From Bugula neritina (taxonomy: Eukaryota > Animalia > Bryozoa): DNA of 64,000 nt. Where the stretch lies: contig OZ037766.1 in NCBI GenBank assembly GCA_964035545.1, forward strand, positions 8,856,722 through 8,920,721. The letters run 5' to 3'. How positions within the stretch are numbered: the first letter of the stretch is position 1; the number at the start of each line of letters is the position of its first letter. A model generated the notes under the pieces. That model did not search any database and was not told where the DNA came from. It saw only the letters and a list, made by a program, of their open reading frames with translations. A program made the position numbers and the translations under genes. This document shows, in pieces, positions 38,601 to 49,531 of this stretch.

Positions 38601-39851
38601 GTACAATCTGCCTTTGGGCATGATTGGAAAATTTGTCCTGTCGACTGTCAGTATATTTTTCTCTCTCGAGAAATGTACTTCTGCCCCTTTTTGTGTGGCG
38701 GCGTGGACTGAAAATAGGCTTGTTGGTATTGTTGGTGCTAGCAAAGCGTCTTTTAGATGAATTTGCTGCTCCATATTGTTGTCATCAGTAATGGTAAACT
38801 GTGCTGTGCCTTTGGCTACAGCCAGCTTGTTTGTTTTGCGACCATCTGCCATCTCTATGTAGTGGTTCTCAGGCGTGAAGCTCTTATCAAAATTAATGAA
38901 GTTGTTCTCATTGTTCACCAGATGACTTGTCGCTCCGCAGTCCACCATAAGCAACTGTCCTCCTTGAGATTTATTTTGTGTGGCTATGTTGCATTGGTTT
39001 GATGTATTCACAGTGAAGGCATATGTGGCATTTGCCGATGAAATTTCAGTTTTACTTGTCTTCTTCTTTGTCCAGCAAACTGATTCGATATGTCCAGCTT
39101 TCTTGCAGTAGTTACAAATTAGTTTGTGCTTTGAGTAACAATCTGTTGTAGAATGATTGCTTTTACCACAAGCAGTGCACTGTTTATCACGTTTGTTAGT
39201 GGGTTTGAAATTGTCTCTTCCTTTAAATACCATGGCTGTAGATTGAGAGCACCTTGCCGACTCAGTAAGGTCAAAGTTGGTTAGAGCTGCTTTGAACTCT
39301 GATAGGGTTTGGTTTTTGTCAAGTTGCGTATGTACTACAACAAAAGGCTGGTAGGATGTTGGTAATCCTTTCATAATCATTGCGATCACCAAATTGTCAC
39401 TAATATTTTCCCCAGCAGACTTGAGGCCTGCTGAGTAGTTCTCAGCACGAATCAGGTAATCTGTAATGTCTTCTGTATCATTCATTTTTACAGTTGTAAG
39501 TTGTTCGTAAAGAGTTAATATTCTAGGCTTTTGTGTACTTGCATAGTGTTCTTTTAGAATTTTGAATGCTTTTCTTCCATCGTCTTTGGCATCTCTCATC
39601 ACAAGTTGAAGAGACTTTTCGTCTAAAACTTGTACAAGCTCAGCGTAAGCTCGCTTATTCTTTTTGTTGAAGTCAGCAGCGTTATCTTCTCCTTCTTCTT
39701 TGGGTAGAAGTGCGGTGTGTACTCCTTCATCTTGTGTGTACAAGTATGAAGTGAATCTTGTTTCCCAAATTGAGAAATTGTTTGAATCACCATCAAAGAG
39801 AAGCCTGTGTTTGAAGCCACTGGGCCCATAACCTGTTGAATGTGTTGCCAT
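35697..39851 (-). CDS. Copia Gag-Pol polyprotein (Gag with two CCHC knuckles, protease, integrase, RT, RNase H)
   Basis: CTACGKSNHSTTDC and CNYCKKAGHIESVC; MVDCGATSH protease; WHRALGH, VHSDLCG and TDNGMEY integrase; HQLDVKGAYL, SIYGLKQSGRNW and WVDD RT; GYVDADW, EAEY and NPAD RNase H. Integrase precedes RT (Copia order). Confidence 0.97.
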   Translation of the reverse strand: MATHSTGYGPSGFKHRLLFDGDSNNFSIWETRFTSYLYTQDEGVHTALLPKEEGEDNAADFNKKNKRAYAELVQVLDEKSLQLVMRDAKDDGRKAFKILKEHYASTQKPRILTLYEQLTTVKMNDTEDITDYLIRAENYSAGLKSAGENISDNLVIAMIMKGLPTSYQPFVVVHTQLDKNQTLSEFKAALTNFDLTESARCSQSTAMVFKGRDNFKPTNKRDKQCTACGKSNHSTTDCYSKHKLICNYCKKAGHIESVCWTKKKTSKTEISSANATYAFTVNTSNQCNIATQNKSQGGQLLMVDCGATSHLVNNENNFINFDKSFTPENHYIEMADGRKTNKLAVAKGTAQFTITDDNNMEQQIHLKDALLAPTIPTSLFSVHAATQKGAEVHFSREKNILTVDRTNFPIMPKGRLYFFKTTHTGDSMNTAKSLPDWHRALGHMNTNDIIELEKVTTGMTIIGAKLKIACKTCDESKITKQPHKQDDKPELATQPLQRVHSDLCGPITPTARGGQNYIINFIDEFSGMLFTYNIRHKSDATTALKQFIADVAPIGNVKEIHTDNGMEYLGQPFEAVLRERGIKHTTTAPYSSYQNGKSERTWRTIMDTARCLLKDSNLPKTFWSFAADHAKYLRNRSYQRRTGKTAYELFTGTLPDMRKIHNFGSQCTFYSEGNKLKLSDRGQSGIYLGVNTKAQGYLILTPNQKIVTSRNVIPQICGNDAMNVMPQGPAQNSRNGTQNTMPQEPAQICGNDAMNVMPQEPAQNSRNGTQNTMPQEPAQMCGNDAMNVMPQGPAQNSRNGTQNTMPQEPAQTCGNDAMNVMPQGPAPDPAKATNQPGPRKSERKRKPPTYLQDYDIEDTDYACSLMANIPQSYQEAVNSKDKEAWKKAMDKEINTLRDSNTWSIQPLPEDRTETKGRWVYTLKQGKTPGETQHKARYVAKGFSQIQGVDYEETYSPTTRFTSIRLLLQKAANENMKIHQLDVKGAYLNAPIDKEIYLQQPEGYEETNKQGKLSCRLNKSIYGLKQSGRNWHQTLTTFLKEQGFTPGAGDPCLYSKEDPLDKSANIIILFWVDDILLCCRDDNRITQTKSMMQQKFNMDDRGELSWFLGIDFRRHEDQYTMSQERYIDTLMNTYNMADCNPVYTPAEKDLQLEKATDDEYERSKDYPYRQVIGSLIYLMTATRPDLAWIIGKLSQHLERPGPAHIAALKRLLRYLKGTKGFNLRFTPNQQELVGYVDADWGGETSTRRSTTGYVFTLGGAPISWNSRRQPTVALSSCEAEYMALAEATKEMLFLQTLCKTFKMKQPNPNTLFTDNLGAIALTKGQPYSHQRSKHIDIRFHFVREQTTIVYQHIRGAENPADVMTKSLPKTNHRIALELLAIESHA
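37374..37717 (-). repeat. In-frame 96-bp tandem repeat (~3.5 copies) in the IN-RT linker
   Basis: Encodes CGNDAMNVMPQGPAQNSRNGTQNTMPQEPAQI-like 32-aa units. Confidence 0.95.
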
Positions 39852-40110
39852 TGTATTTAGTATTTATTATGAAATACGTTATTGATTGCTGATTTAACTT
39901 ATCGAGCAAACTGACTGACTGATTTAATTATTTGATAATAAAATGTTTATTAGAATGAAAAACAGCGTGATGGTTTTGTATAATATAAAACGGAAGAGAG
40001 AGTAAACAAGTATACAGCGATTCTAGTAAAGCAATTAGTTAGCATATTGTCACGTGATTGTCATGAATGTGATTAGCGATAGGATCGCATGATTGTTTCT
40101 CAACATGGAG

Positions 40111-40497
40111 ATCTCTGAATTATTGCTTTGTGACCAATTTTCAGATCCCGAATAGTCCTTGGAAGAAAACTGTTCAGGTACTTGGTACTGTTAGCACCCA
40201 CTGATCGGGGCTGTCCTCTCGCTTGGGAGCGAGTCTGTATAGTTCTGTCTGTTGGTTTGTTCAGCAGATCATCATAGGCAGAGCTGAGAGCCAGATGTTG
40301 TTCTTCTTTTGCCAGAATCTTCATAAGAAGATTCATACGTCTGGTTCTCCTTCGTTGTTCAAGGGGCTGTAGGCAGAATTTCTTCATGACACTTTCGACA
40401 TCTTTGTGGCCTTTAATATTGGCTATGAATCGCACTGCGTCCACTTGTATCTATTCTAAGTCAGAAATATCCTTCCTGCAGGTTGGGTCCCACGCTT
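40111..40497 (-). mobile_element. 5'-truncated LINE (CR1/L2-like ORF2 C-terminus), younger copy. Its 3' tail probably continues at ~35360-35412 beyond the Copia insertion
   Basis: Translates AWDPTCRKDISDLE*IQVDAVRFIANIKG...LEQRRRTRRMNLL...SFLPRTIRDLK, typical of the post-RT C-terminus of non-LTR ORF2. One in-frame stop. Confidence 0.8.
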
Positions 40498-40519
40498 AGT
40501 TTGTGTTATGAAATAGTAT

Positions 40520-41555
40520 TCTTAAATATCTAATCCTTCGAAGGAGAAGGCTGTTGTGACAATTCTGTGAGGATCAGGGTTGGGGTCAATTACATGTGAA
40601 TGTAATTAATTACAATTACATGAAAATTTGTCAATTACAATTATAATTACAGTTAAAAATTAATGTAATTAATTACAATTACATGGCAATGTAATTAATT
40701 ACAATTACAATTACTTTTGTTCTCACAAGGAATAAATAGAAGTTATATGCAATCTCACTTATAGGGTCCATCTACCAGGGGCAATTTTGACAGTGGTGAA
40801 CCTCCTTTGTTTTCAACAGTGATACTATACAGTATACTACACTAACTTAATCTGAACTTGTTATTTAACAGTAGGCATGGCAGGAAGAGCATGAATTTTT
40901 TAAGATTTAAAAGTTTGAAGAAATTGATACGTAATTAAAAAGTAATTGTAAATATTAATTACATTAAATATGTAATTAATTACAATTACAATTACATTTT
41001 TATATATCAATTACAAATTACATTCAATTACTTGAAAAAATGTAATTAATTACAACCAATTACAAATTACAATTACCCCAGCCCTGGTGAGGATGCAGCA
41101 ATAAACGTCAGTTATCTTCTCTTATCAGATCCCGATCCGTTTTGAATTGAATAGTTCATAAGCAGATGAAAGCTATTTTTATGACGCTCTTCATTTGAGG
41201 GTATTCTCGTTAATAAAGTAGGTCGGTGGCGGTTCCCCAGCATGCAAGAGTTTTAAGCTGAAGCTCAGTACGAGCTTAACTGATGACACATATCTCTGCT
41301 AGGTTAGCAATAAACCTGATGGCTTGGTTTTGGGCGTGCTTAATTTCCTTTTAGATGATTTTGTTGTTTCCCTCAATGTGTCTTCATATTCAAAAATAGG
41401 CCTACATAGACTTAGGTATGCAATTAATTTTGCTTTCATGGGAACGTTGTAGCTCTTGTATGTTCAATACAACTAAGTATTTTGTTGGCATTGTTGATTT
41501 TAGATGTAGTATATCTATTAAACTTCAGATTAGACTGCTTGATTACACCAAATTA
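40520..41555 (-). mobile_element. Older degenerate LINE fragment of the same family, interrupted by a MITE
   Basis: Frameshifted translation FGVIKQSNLKF...AKLIAYLSLCRPILEY...QNQAIRFIANL...EERHK..LSSAYEL...HNSLLLRRIRYLR parallels the younger copy (AVRFIANI, EEQHLALSSAYDDL, NSFLPRTIRDLK). Confidence 0.65.
40575..41086. mobile_element. hAT-type MITE with AATTAC subterminal repeats
   Basis: Ends CAGGGTTGGGG and CCCCAGCCCTG; 8-bp TSD GTGAGGAT at 40567-40574 and 41087-41094; many AATTAC/GTAATT motifs in both arms. Confidence 0.9.
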
Positions 41556-43449
41556 TTATAATGCAAGGTGAATGTAGTCTTCAAGTAGAATTGATAATAT
41601 TAATCATAATGGATAAATGATACTGATGATTATTATAACACCAATGATTATGATAATGATCATAGTGATAGTATTTTAGTTTGTTACTTATAATACAACT
41701 AGTTAATAGTACTACGTATGTAAATAATTATAATAGTGATACCCATACTTATAGTTGTACAATTATTATATGACTATGAGTCATGACTAGTGATCATGAC
41801 TAGTATCAAATATAAAACCAAGTATGCTGATAATGCTGTTGATTATTCATTTAGTTTTGCAATGGCCCGTGACTGTGAACCAGTAATGAGAAAGTAGAAT
41901 GCAGATCTAGAGCTGTATATTTGTAATTTTTGAATATGTTAGTTTTATAGGTGTAGGAAACTCTTGTGGTCACAAAATAAATGATGTGAATGACGAAATA
42001 TAAAACTTTAATAACAGAAGTAACCACAATTCAAATATGTATAGCAATAAATAGAATAATTTAATGAGATCATTGGAAAAAAAATCAAGTTTGAACTCTA
42101 TTTACTAAATTTAGGTCTCTACTCATTCATTTCATATTTCTCTGACTGTTTTTACAGCCATGCAAATAGTAGTGTAAAATAACATTTCCAAATGCTGCTA
42201 TGTAAAAAGTTGTAGCACCCTATTTGATAAATATTTAGTTATCTTTTACCTTTATAGAAGAAGTTAAAAGAAAAAAGCGATCTATGTAAGTTTTACATGC
42301 ATGTACATCAATTTACTTATTGCTTGTTGCTTATATATTTTTTTGAGCTTTGATAGTGATTTTTAATATGATTGTATTAATGACTATTAATCACCATTTG
42401 TGCATAACCAGTTTACAACAAATTGTAGTGCTTTAAGCTATCAATATAATATTTTATTATATGTAAACAATATAACAGGCGCATTTTTATTTGTACAGGT
42501 ATTTAAAAAAAAACTTGTTAAGTTCTTAAATAGAGAACGTGTCACATAAAGTAATATGAATTATTTCATATTTTTGCCATCATAAAAGTCATTTTTTAAA
42601 TCTGCAACAGCTAGCAATACTAATTAACTTCATTTTATAAATGCATCATTTTAAACAGTTTTTTTAAATGTAATTTATTGAAAGAAAAGTTTGATTCTAT
42701 TAAACTTTTTATCAAGTTTCAAATTTTTGCAAGCATAAATCTGTTACATTTTTTTCTCAACCAGAAAAATTAAGTTTCAATGAAATGTATTGTATAAAAT
42801 CTATAGGGAACGAAATTCTGGTGTTAGTTAGATCTAGCAGTAAATTGTGAAAAATAGAATGTCATTTTTGTGAATTTTACGAGAAAAAAAAGATTTAAAA
42901 TGGCAGCTACTGTCTCAAACTGATTTTTAGATCATTTGTATAAAGTTCCTTACTTAGGCATAGCTTCTTACCCACTGATAGCCGTTTAAATACTCTTAAT
43001 TAAAACTTTGGTTATTTCATTCCAATTATTCTCTTCATTTTTTCTATTATTTGATAAAGTTTCCCAAACTTATTCACTAGGTACAAACTTTTATAACTTT
43101 AAATTTTGCCAAGGATTTTCACTTGATGTCTATTTATTTAAAATCTCTTGAAAAATAAAGCTATTTTAGAATGAATTGCTGGAAGACATTTTCTAAATAC
43201 TGTCAATATTTGAAATAGACTCTCACAATGTGAGTGTTTTGTATTCACTACTGAGAGCGACTCTAGTCTTTAGAGTTTAGTGTGACAAACAATCTTGTTG
43301 ATGGAACTTTGAAATGGGTTTATTACTGAAACCAAAACTTATAGCAGTACATCACAATCAATAAATTTAGTCATTTTCAATGTTTATATGACTTTCTGCA
43401 ACTGTTGCTTTGCAGTCGATGTAATGCCTTTGCATGTTTACTCATTCTC

Positions 43450-46400
43450 ATGGAAAAATTCAATGAAGGAGATGAAACTCAGACTGCTAGAGAGAAAAAA
43501 CTGCCATACCTTCCACCGTGTCGTGTTTGCGACAGTGTAGCATCTGGCTTTCATTATGGTAATTTATCCATTGCTGTTAAGAAATTTTGGGGTAAAAGCT
43601 TATTTTAAAAATATTGCAATAAATTATTTTAAGTTTTATGCAAACATGAATTTGTACTATCTTATTGTGAAGTATGTCTAACAACTGCTTTATTGTCTTT
43701 ATTAAAAGTATTTAATAACTTGTTTGAACATTGATTATTGGAAATTTAAATAGTCATCGTCAATTTATTGATTTGCAAAGAAAAAATCTACTGATGTTAA
43801 TTATAGTTTATTCAACAAGCTTTTGCAGGACTCTTTTTAATTTTTGGGATATTTTCAAAAGTAAAAAAGCGTTTGGTGAAATTTCGATCAGAAATGTGAA
43901 TTGTTTATTTTGCAGGTGTTAATACTTGCGAGGCATGCAAAGGGTTTTATAGACGAAGCATTGCACGCAAAACTCCTTATTCTAAATGTACTGGGAATGG
44001 TAACTGTGATATAATATTGACAAACCGAAATGCTTGTGCATCTTGTAGACTTGAAAAGTGTGTTGCTGTAGGAATGAGCAAAGAAGGTGTGTTTTAATGA
44101 ATATTATGTATTATAGCTAGAAAACATGCTTGCTGGTCCAGCAATTAGACTTGCTTGTGTACTGCCATTTTTATCACCAGTAAGGGTTTTTTAATTAAAG
44201 GTCAAGATTACTTAGGATTTTTTCAATGGCTAGAATTCTATTTAACTGGTGTTACTTTAACGTCAGCTATGGTGACCATTAATTAGTTTATTTTAAGCAT
44301 TTGATTAGTGGTAAAATTTATCATTAATAGTAGCATAGTTCTAAATTTCATCAGGCTAATCAATGTCAAGTTAATGTTGAAACTTTAAATTGTGTCATTT
44401 GAAGTGCAATTTTATAAACTATTATTTATTCGGTGTCATTAATTGTTTGCTAAATTCCACTAAGTTGATTATTCTGAAATTCATATATCCGTTCATGTAA
44501 AAGATAAAGTATCTGTTGATGTTGACGTTTCATCGCCATGTCCTGAATGAATGACTTGAATGAATTATGATATGATATTATGATAAACAAGCATATTAAA
44601 TCACATACTAATACAGTGTCTCATGGATATGATCTTTGCTCTACAATCTGCAACCTATTTCATGCTCAGATCAAGTATCATTTTAATGCTTAAACATGGT
44701 AAGTGTTGTCTTTACAGTTGCTGATTGTAAGTTTAAAATATTACAATAGCAAATCTTCAACTTTTAATTTATGAACAATTTTTGAAAAAATATTTTACAC
44801 ACCATTTCATCAATTTCATACAACATGGCAGGCATGCATAATGGATAGTTTTTGCTAAAGACTTAATGTGTCATATGGAGTTTAAAATTTTTGAAAAGCT
44901 TAGAAAATTTTAAACATTTAAATTAATTTATTCCCAATTTCTTGAAACTGTTGAATATTAATATTAGTTGTATTCCCATATCTCATATTTTATCCATGCA
45001 TCAATTTTAAATTAAAGTTTAAATAACAAATGAGTAAAATAGAGGAAGTTTTGTGGGTAGAAACTTAGTCAATCGTGACACGTTTCGCTAGACTGAGGGT
45101 ACAATTTCTACCTGGGCTAATGATGACATTAGGGAGAGCACCCAGTTAAAATTACTTGCGTGTTACTTGTTGGTAGCAGAGCCTGCGGCAAAGGAAGTTG
45201 ATAACTTTAAAGAAATACCTTATCATTGTATTATAGGGATGGTAACGATAAACAACCCTAATAGAGCTAATGCTTAAAATTAAAACAAATTCTTAGATTT
45301 ATTGAGTTATTTTGTTTGTATCACAACAATGATAATACAGTGTAGTATTATACAGTTATTAGAATTTTTGTTATTTATAAGAGTTTCATGGAAAATCACA
45401 TTTAATTCATGATAAGTTTCAAACAATATATGATTCTTGTTGTATGTTATAGTTAGTAGCGAATTTTATATAATGGCATAACTTGGGAAGTTTAACAATA
45501 CTTTTTTGCCTATTACTTTGTTTAAACATTCAAGTTGAAAAATGTTAAAGCTACGGTTTGTTTAGTACTACATTCCAGTGCCTACTCCATTTCCATTTTA
45601 TATACGAATCCACAGTTTATGCCTTTGCTTGTGTAGCTATTAAAACTGGACGGTACACACATAAGAAGAGAACTTTAGACACATTAGAGATTAAGCATGT
45701 CACCCCATGCAGCCTGCCATCATCTGTAGCTGAGCCCGATACACCAGATCATTCTTTACCAAGTGTTAGTGCTGGTGAAAGTGAGGAGAAATTAGCTTCG
45801 CTTGCTAACGAGATTTGTCAAGCTTACCGTAAGAGTTTTGTTGATGCTACCTATTTGAATGAGCATGCAGAGGAGATAAATAAAATAGTTGAACAGATGC
45901 TGAGTGATAGAGGTTTGTCCGAAGTGATGGGGGTCCTATATAGCCCCGGTCATACACCGTCCAATGATGAAGATCATCAACAACTTGCTGAGTTTGTTGC
46001 TGTTGTAAGTGTACATTATTAATGTGTTAATATTTTTAATCATCACATACCTTTTTCATTGCTCATACATGCATTATATTGCCTGCTTACCTTTTGATCT
46101 CTTTATTTTGGGCTTCAAATACCTCTGATTGTTTTAAATTTTAGGTATTGATATGAAAAAATTGTATAGAGGTAGATAATTTGTTTATGATCAGATTTGA
46201 TTTACTATTGTTAAGAACTATTTAAAATTCAATTTTTACATTTTGATGATTTTTGTGTTGGTATTCTTGAAATAAAAAAAAACAAAACTTATCTAATGAA
46301 AAACATTATCACAGTCATTCTGGTCTTCTGAAATGACACTAAGGGTTTTTGATGCTTCAAGTAGTTCTGCATCGATTTTGTTTTCTTGTAATGATTTTAA

Positions 46401-48158
46401 TATTTTATTGAATTTTATGGTGAAAGCACACCAGTCTGTTGAAGAAAACATTGTTATATTGTAGGGCGTCGTATAATATAAAATTGTTTGTTGAATGTCA
46501 TTAAGCTGTTTTTAGCAGACAACTAATGACCTTGTGTTATACGATTTGACAGGCTGAAAAGACTATTGCATCTTTAGGAGATAGTGACTTGTCTGAACTC
46601 GATCGTCTCATGGAGATGCCACAATACAAACAATTGGCGACTCAGCTGTTTGAGCTATGGCTTCATCGGATAGACCGACTCATCAGGATGTTTGTTCATT
46701 TTGTCAGAAAACTCCCTCAATTTCAGACTCTCCCAGTCAATGATCAGATAACATTAATTAAAGCGTCACGGCAGGAAGTTTCCATGCTATTAATGTCTGC
46801 TTACTACAGACCAGAGTGGGGTTCTATGATAGATTATAGGCAGGAGTCAGGAACCATTACATTGATACCAGGCGTTATTTTAAAAATTTTGTACATGGTT
46901 GATGAGGATTATCCAGAAGGTGGGGACCACAATCACCTGTTTATCAGGTAGTTATTCCTATGCGAGTTTATATTTTGATGCTAGATTCAGTAGCCATGTT
47001 TTCTCGTAATGTCTTGTGTGTTATCGGTTTTAGATGTATGAAACAAATGATGGCTTTAGACATGAAAGTAGAAAATGTATCTGTTCTGTCTGCCATATGT
47101 GTGTTCTCTAGTGATCGGGATGGCTTATCTTCTGAAGTCTTATCTACCATATCTCACATTCAAGAAACGCTCACTCAGGTACACACCTTACCTTGTAATA
47201 ATGTATTGCAGCTAACTGAATTTACCAGCTTTAATCAAATGTAAACTGCTTTATTAATTCACATTTTTGCAGTTTACTGAATTATTTATTTTGATTTTTG
47301 ATGAGGCATTCCTAGTTTAACAAAGTCCAGTAAAAATTTTATTCCATGTGGTAGTTTTATGCTTACATACCTTTTGGCTGCTTTTTCATGTCAAACAGAA
47401 AATGCTTTCATCACTAGTTTGAAGAATAAAATTTATTGGAAGTTATTTCAAACTATAAAGTATAAATCTTCTACCAGCTATTTAGTATAGTATGCAGCGT
47501 ATTACAATATATTATTTGTGTATATGTTATTTGATAATGCTAACAAAAGCAGCTTAATACAATTGTTCTACTGTCACCTTTCATCTTCTTCTCCCATCCA
47601 AGAAAAATTAAAAATGCTCGCCTAAATATGTGAAAATGTTCTGCTTTGTTTTGATTTATGTTTATCGTAAACCTAATTGTGCATGTAGCTGTCAGAAACT
47701 TTTTTTTGACATTTTGCAAAGCAAAGCTCTTAGTAAAATTGTTTGTACTTAGTAAATGATTTTAATACACCATTTATAATTGGTGCAGTGAAAAGGTGTT
47801 ATGATGTTATTAAAACAGTTTTTAGTATTTAAATAGCATGCATTATGTTATCATAATATAAAAGTATGTTTCTATGCCTAGCTAGTGATGAATTCCATGC
47901 TAAGTATCTAAATTTGTGGGTTTTTAGGTGTTACTATATACGTTAAAAAGATCTCACTCGACAGATAAACACGCATTACCAAAGTTTCTAATGATGTTAC
48001 CTTCATTACGTTTACTCAATGAGTACAATAAAAATGCAATGTTGACGTGTCGACAGAAATTTAGGCCAACGGTGCCTCCTCTACTTCAAGAAATTTTCCC
48101 CGCTCTATTAAAAAAGCCAACCAGTGAGCAGGAGATGGATTCAACAGAGAGTTTGTGA
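43450..48158 (+). CDS. Nuclear hormone receptor, NR1-type (~472 aa). Exons 43450-43558, 43916-44086, 45637-46004, 46553-46947, 47034-47178, 47928-48158
   Basis: C4 zinc fingers [28 protein letters not shown]...CTGNGNC...CASCRLEKCVAVGMSKEAIKTGRYT; LBD signature FVRKLPQFQTLPVNDQITLIK; AICVFSSDR; AF-2-like PPLLQEIF. GT-AG introns in phase. The true start may be further upstream. Confidence 0.92.
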
Positions 48159-49531
48159 TATTTGATGAGCTTACTCTACATTTTGAATTTTTAAAATGAG
48201 CTTCTTAATCAAAGGCCGATTATTTGTGCAAATTCTTATTGTTCCTGTTGATATAATATCTATGCAAAACTCATGAACCCATATGTTAGAAATGTTAAGC
48301 TGTTTCCTTTAGATATTTCCCACAGTCTTTTTATGATGAATTTTATATTAGGTTTAATTTATACCTAAAAACTGATAATTTGTGAAAATAATTGCTAAAA
48401 GTTTTGTGGAATTTTTAAATTGATTTTTTGACAGCATTGGTCATACATGATGGCATAATTCTGTGAATATTCAGCATGTGAAATTGAAGTAGTTGATCAT
48501 TTGAAGAATCAATTAAATTTATTTTATTCAGTTTGTATTATAGAAGAGATGATTTTTTAGTAAATTTAAAAAACTTCCTAACAGATTTTTATTGAGACTT
48601 CTATGCCTACAGGTGATGTTAGTTTTCTAGAATTTGCTAAATATTTTCGTATTGTACCAATGGAATCAATCCATGTATTTTTTAATCTATTCCCTCAGAC
48701 AATCAATTTTCCCTGTTACTGTAATTCTAATCATTTATGGCATTGTAATTTTTTACTTGATTTACATTGTTTAGAAAATCATTATAATTATTCTATTTAT
48801 GTATTATATTGTTTCAGTGATGGTATTGATCATAAATTATGCATTGATATATTTTGTGGTAGTTAGTGAATGCAATTGGCTAGGTCATATTTGCTGATCA
48901 ATAGTAATCAATGTTACATTATAAAACATCATACCTACAGTCTAATCTCTGGTATCTGCTGTACAATCTCTCATATATTCAGTACAGTATTATCCCATAT
49001 TCACGATATAAAACCTCATATTTACAGTATATTTCAAATTTTTAATTGTCAAAGCCAAGATTATTAAAATGGATCATACTGATTGTTTATGCAAAATTTG
49101 CAAAATAGCTAGTAGTAGACTTCAAATATAGTCTATAGATCACTAGAATATGATTGATTTAGGTCATTTATTAGTATTACCAAACTCAGTGTACATGAAA
49201 ATATCTTTTTATTGCAATAACAAACAGTGTATAATTAACAATTGGGCATATAATATATATTTCAGTGAAATCTTTACCATTTCACTTTAAGCTTAGAAAA
49301 TGGAATAACTGATCCTTTTAATTGAGCTTACAATAAACACATTGGTTGTGCATTTTCAAAATAAAATGCTCTGTTGACTTTTGGTTAAATATGATTGGAT
49401 GTTGAAAACTACATGCAAGGCAAAAGAGAATAATTATACTATAATTCTATTGATACAAGTTATATCTTTTCTACAATGGTTGTCAAAACATTGTATTATC
49501 CTGTTGCTATCAAAACACACATTTTTATATG

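Larger units (their letters stand above)
35418..40105 (-). mobile_element. Full-length Ty1/Copia LTR retrotransposon
   Basis: 272-bp LTRs at 35418-35689 and 39834-40105 (TG...CA, identical by eye), 5-bp TSD TGGAG (35413-35417 and 40106-40110), PBS GGTTATGGGCCCAG after the 5' LTR, PPT GAGGGGGCG before the 3' LTR, single intact ORF. Confidence 0.98.

Noticed and set aside
35887-39002. Plus-strand ORFs inside the Copia element, including the 159-aa repeat ORF
   Set aside because: Antisense shadows of the Gag-Pol ORF and its tandem repeat.
41951-42285. Two small exon-like segments upstream of the nuclear receptor
   Set aside because: Plausible UTR exons, but I could not build a consistent coding frame, so they were left unannotated.
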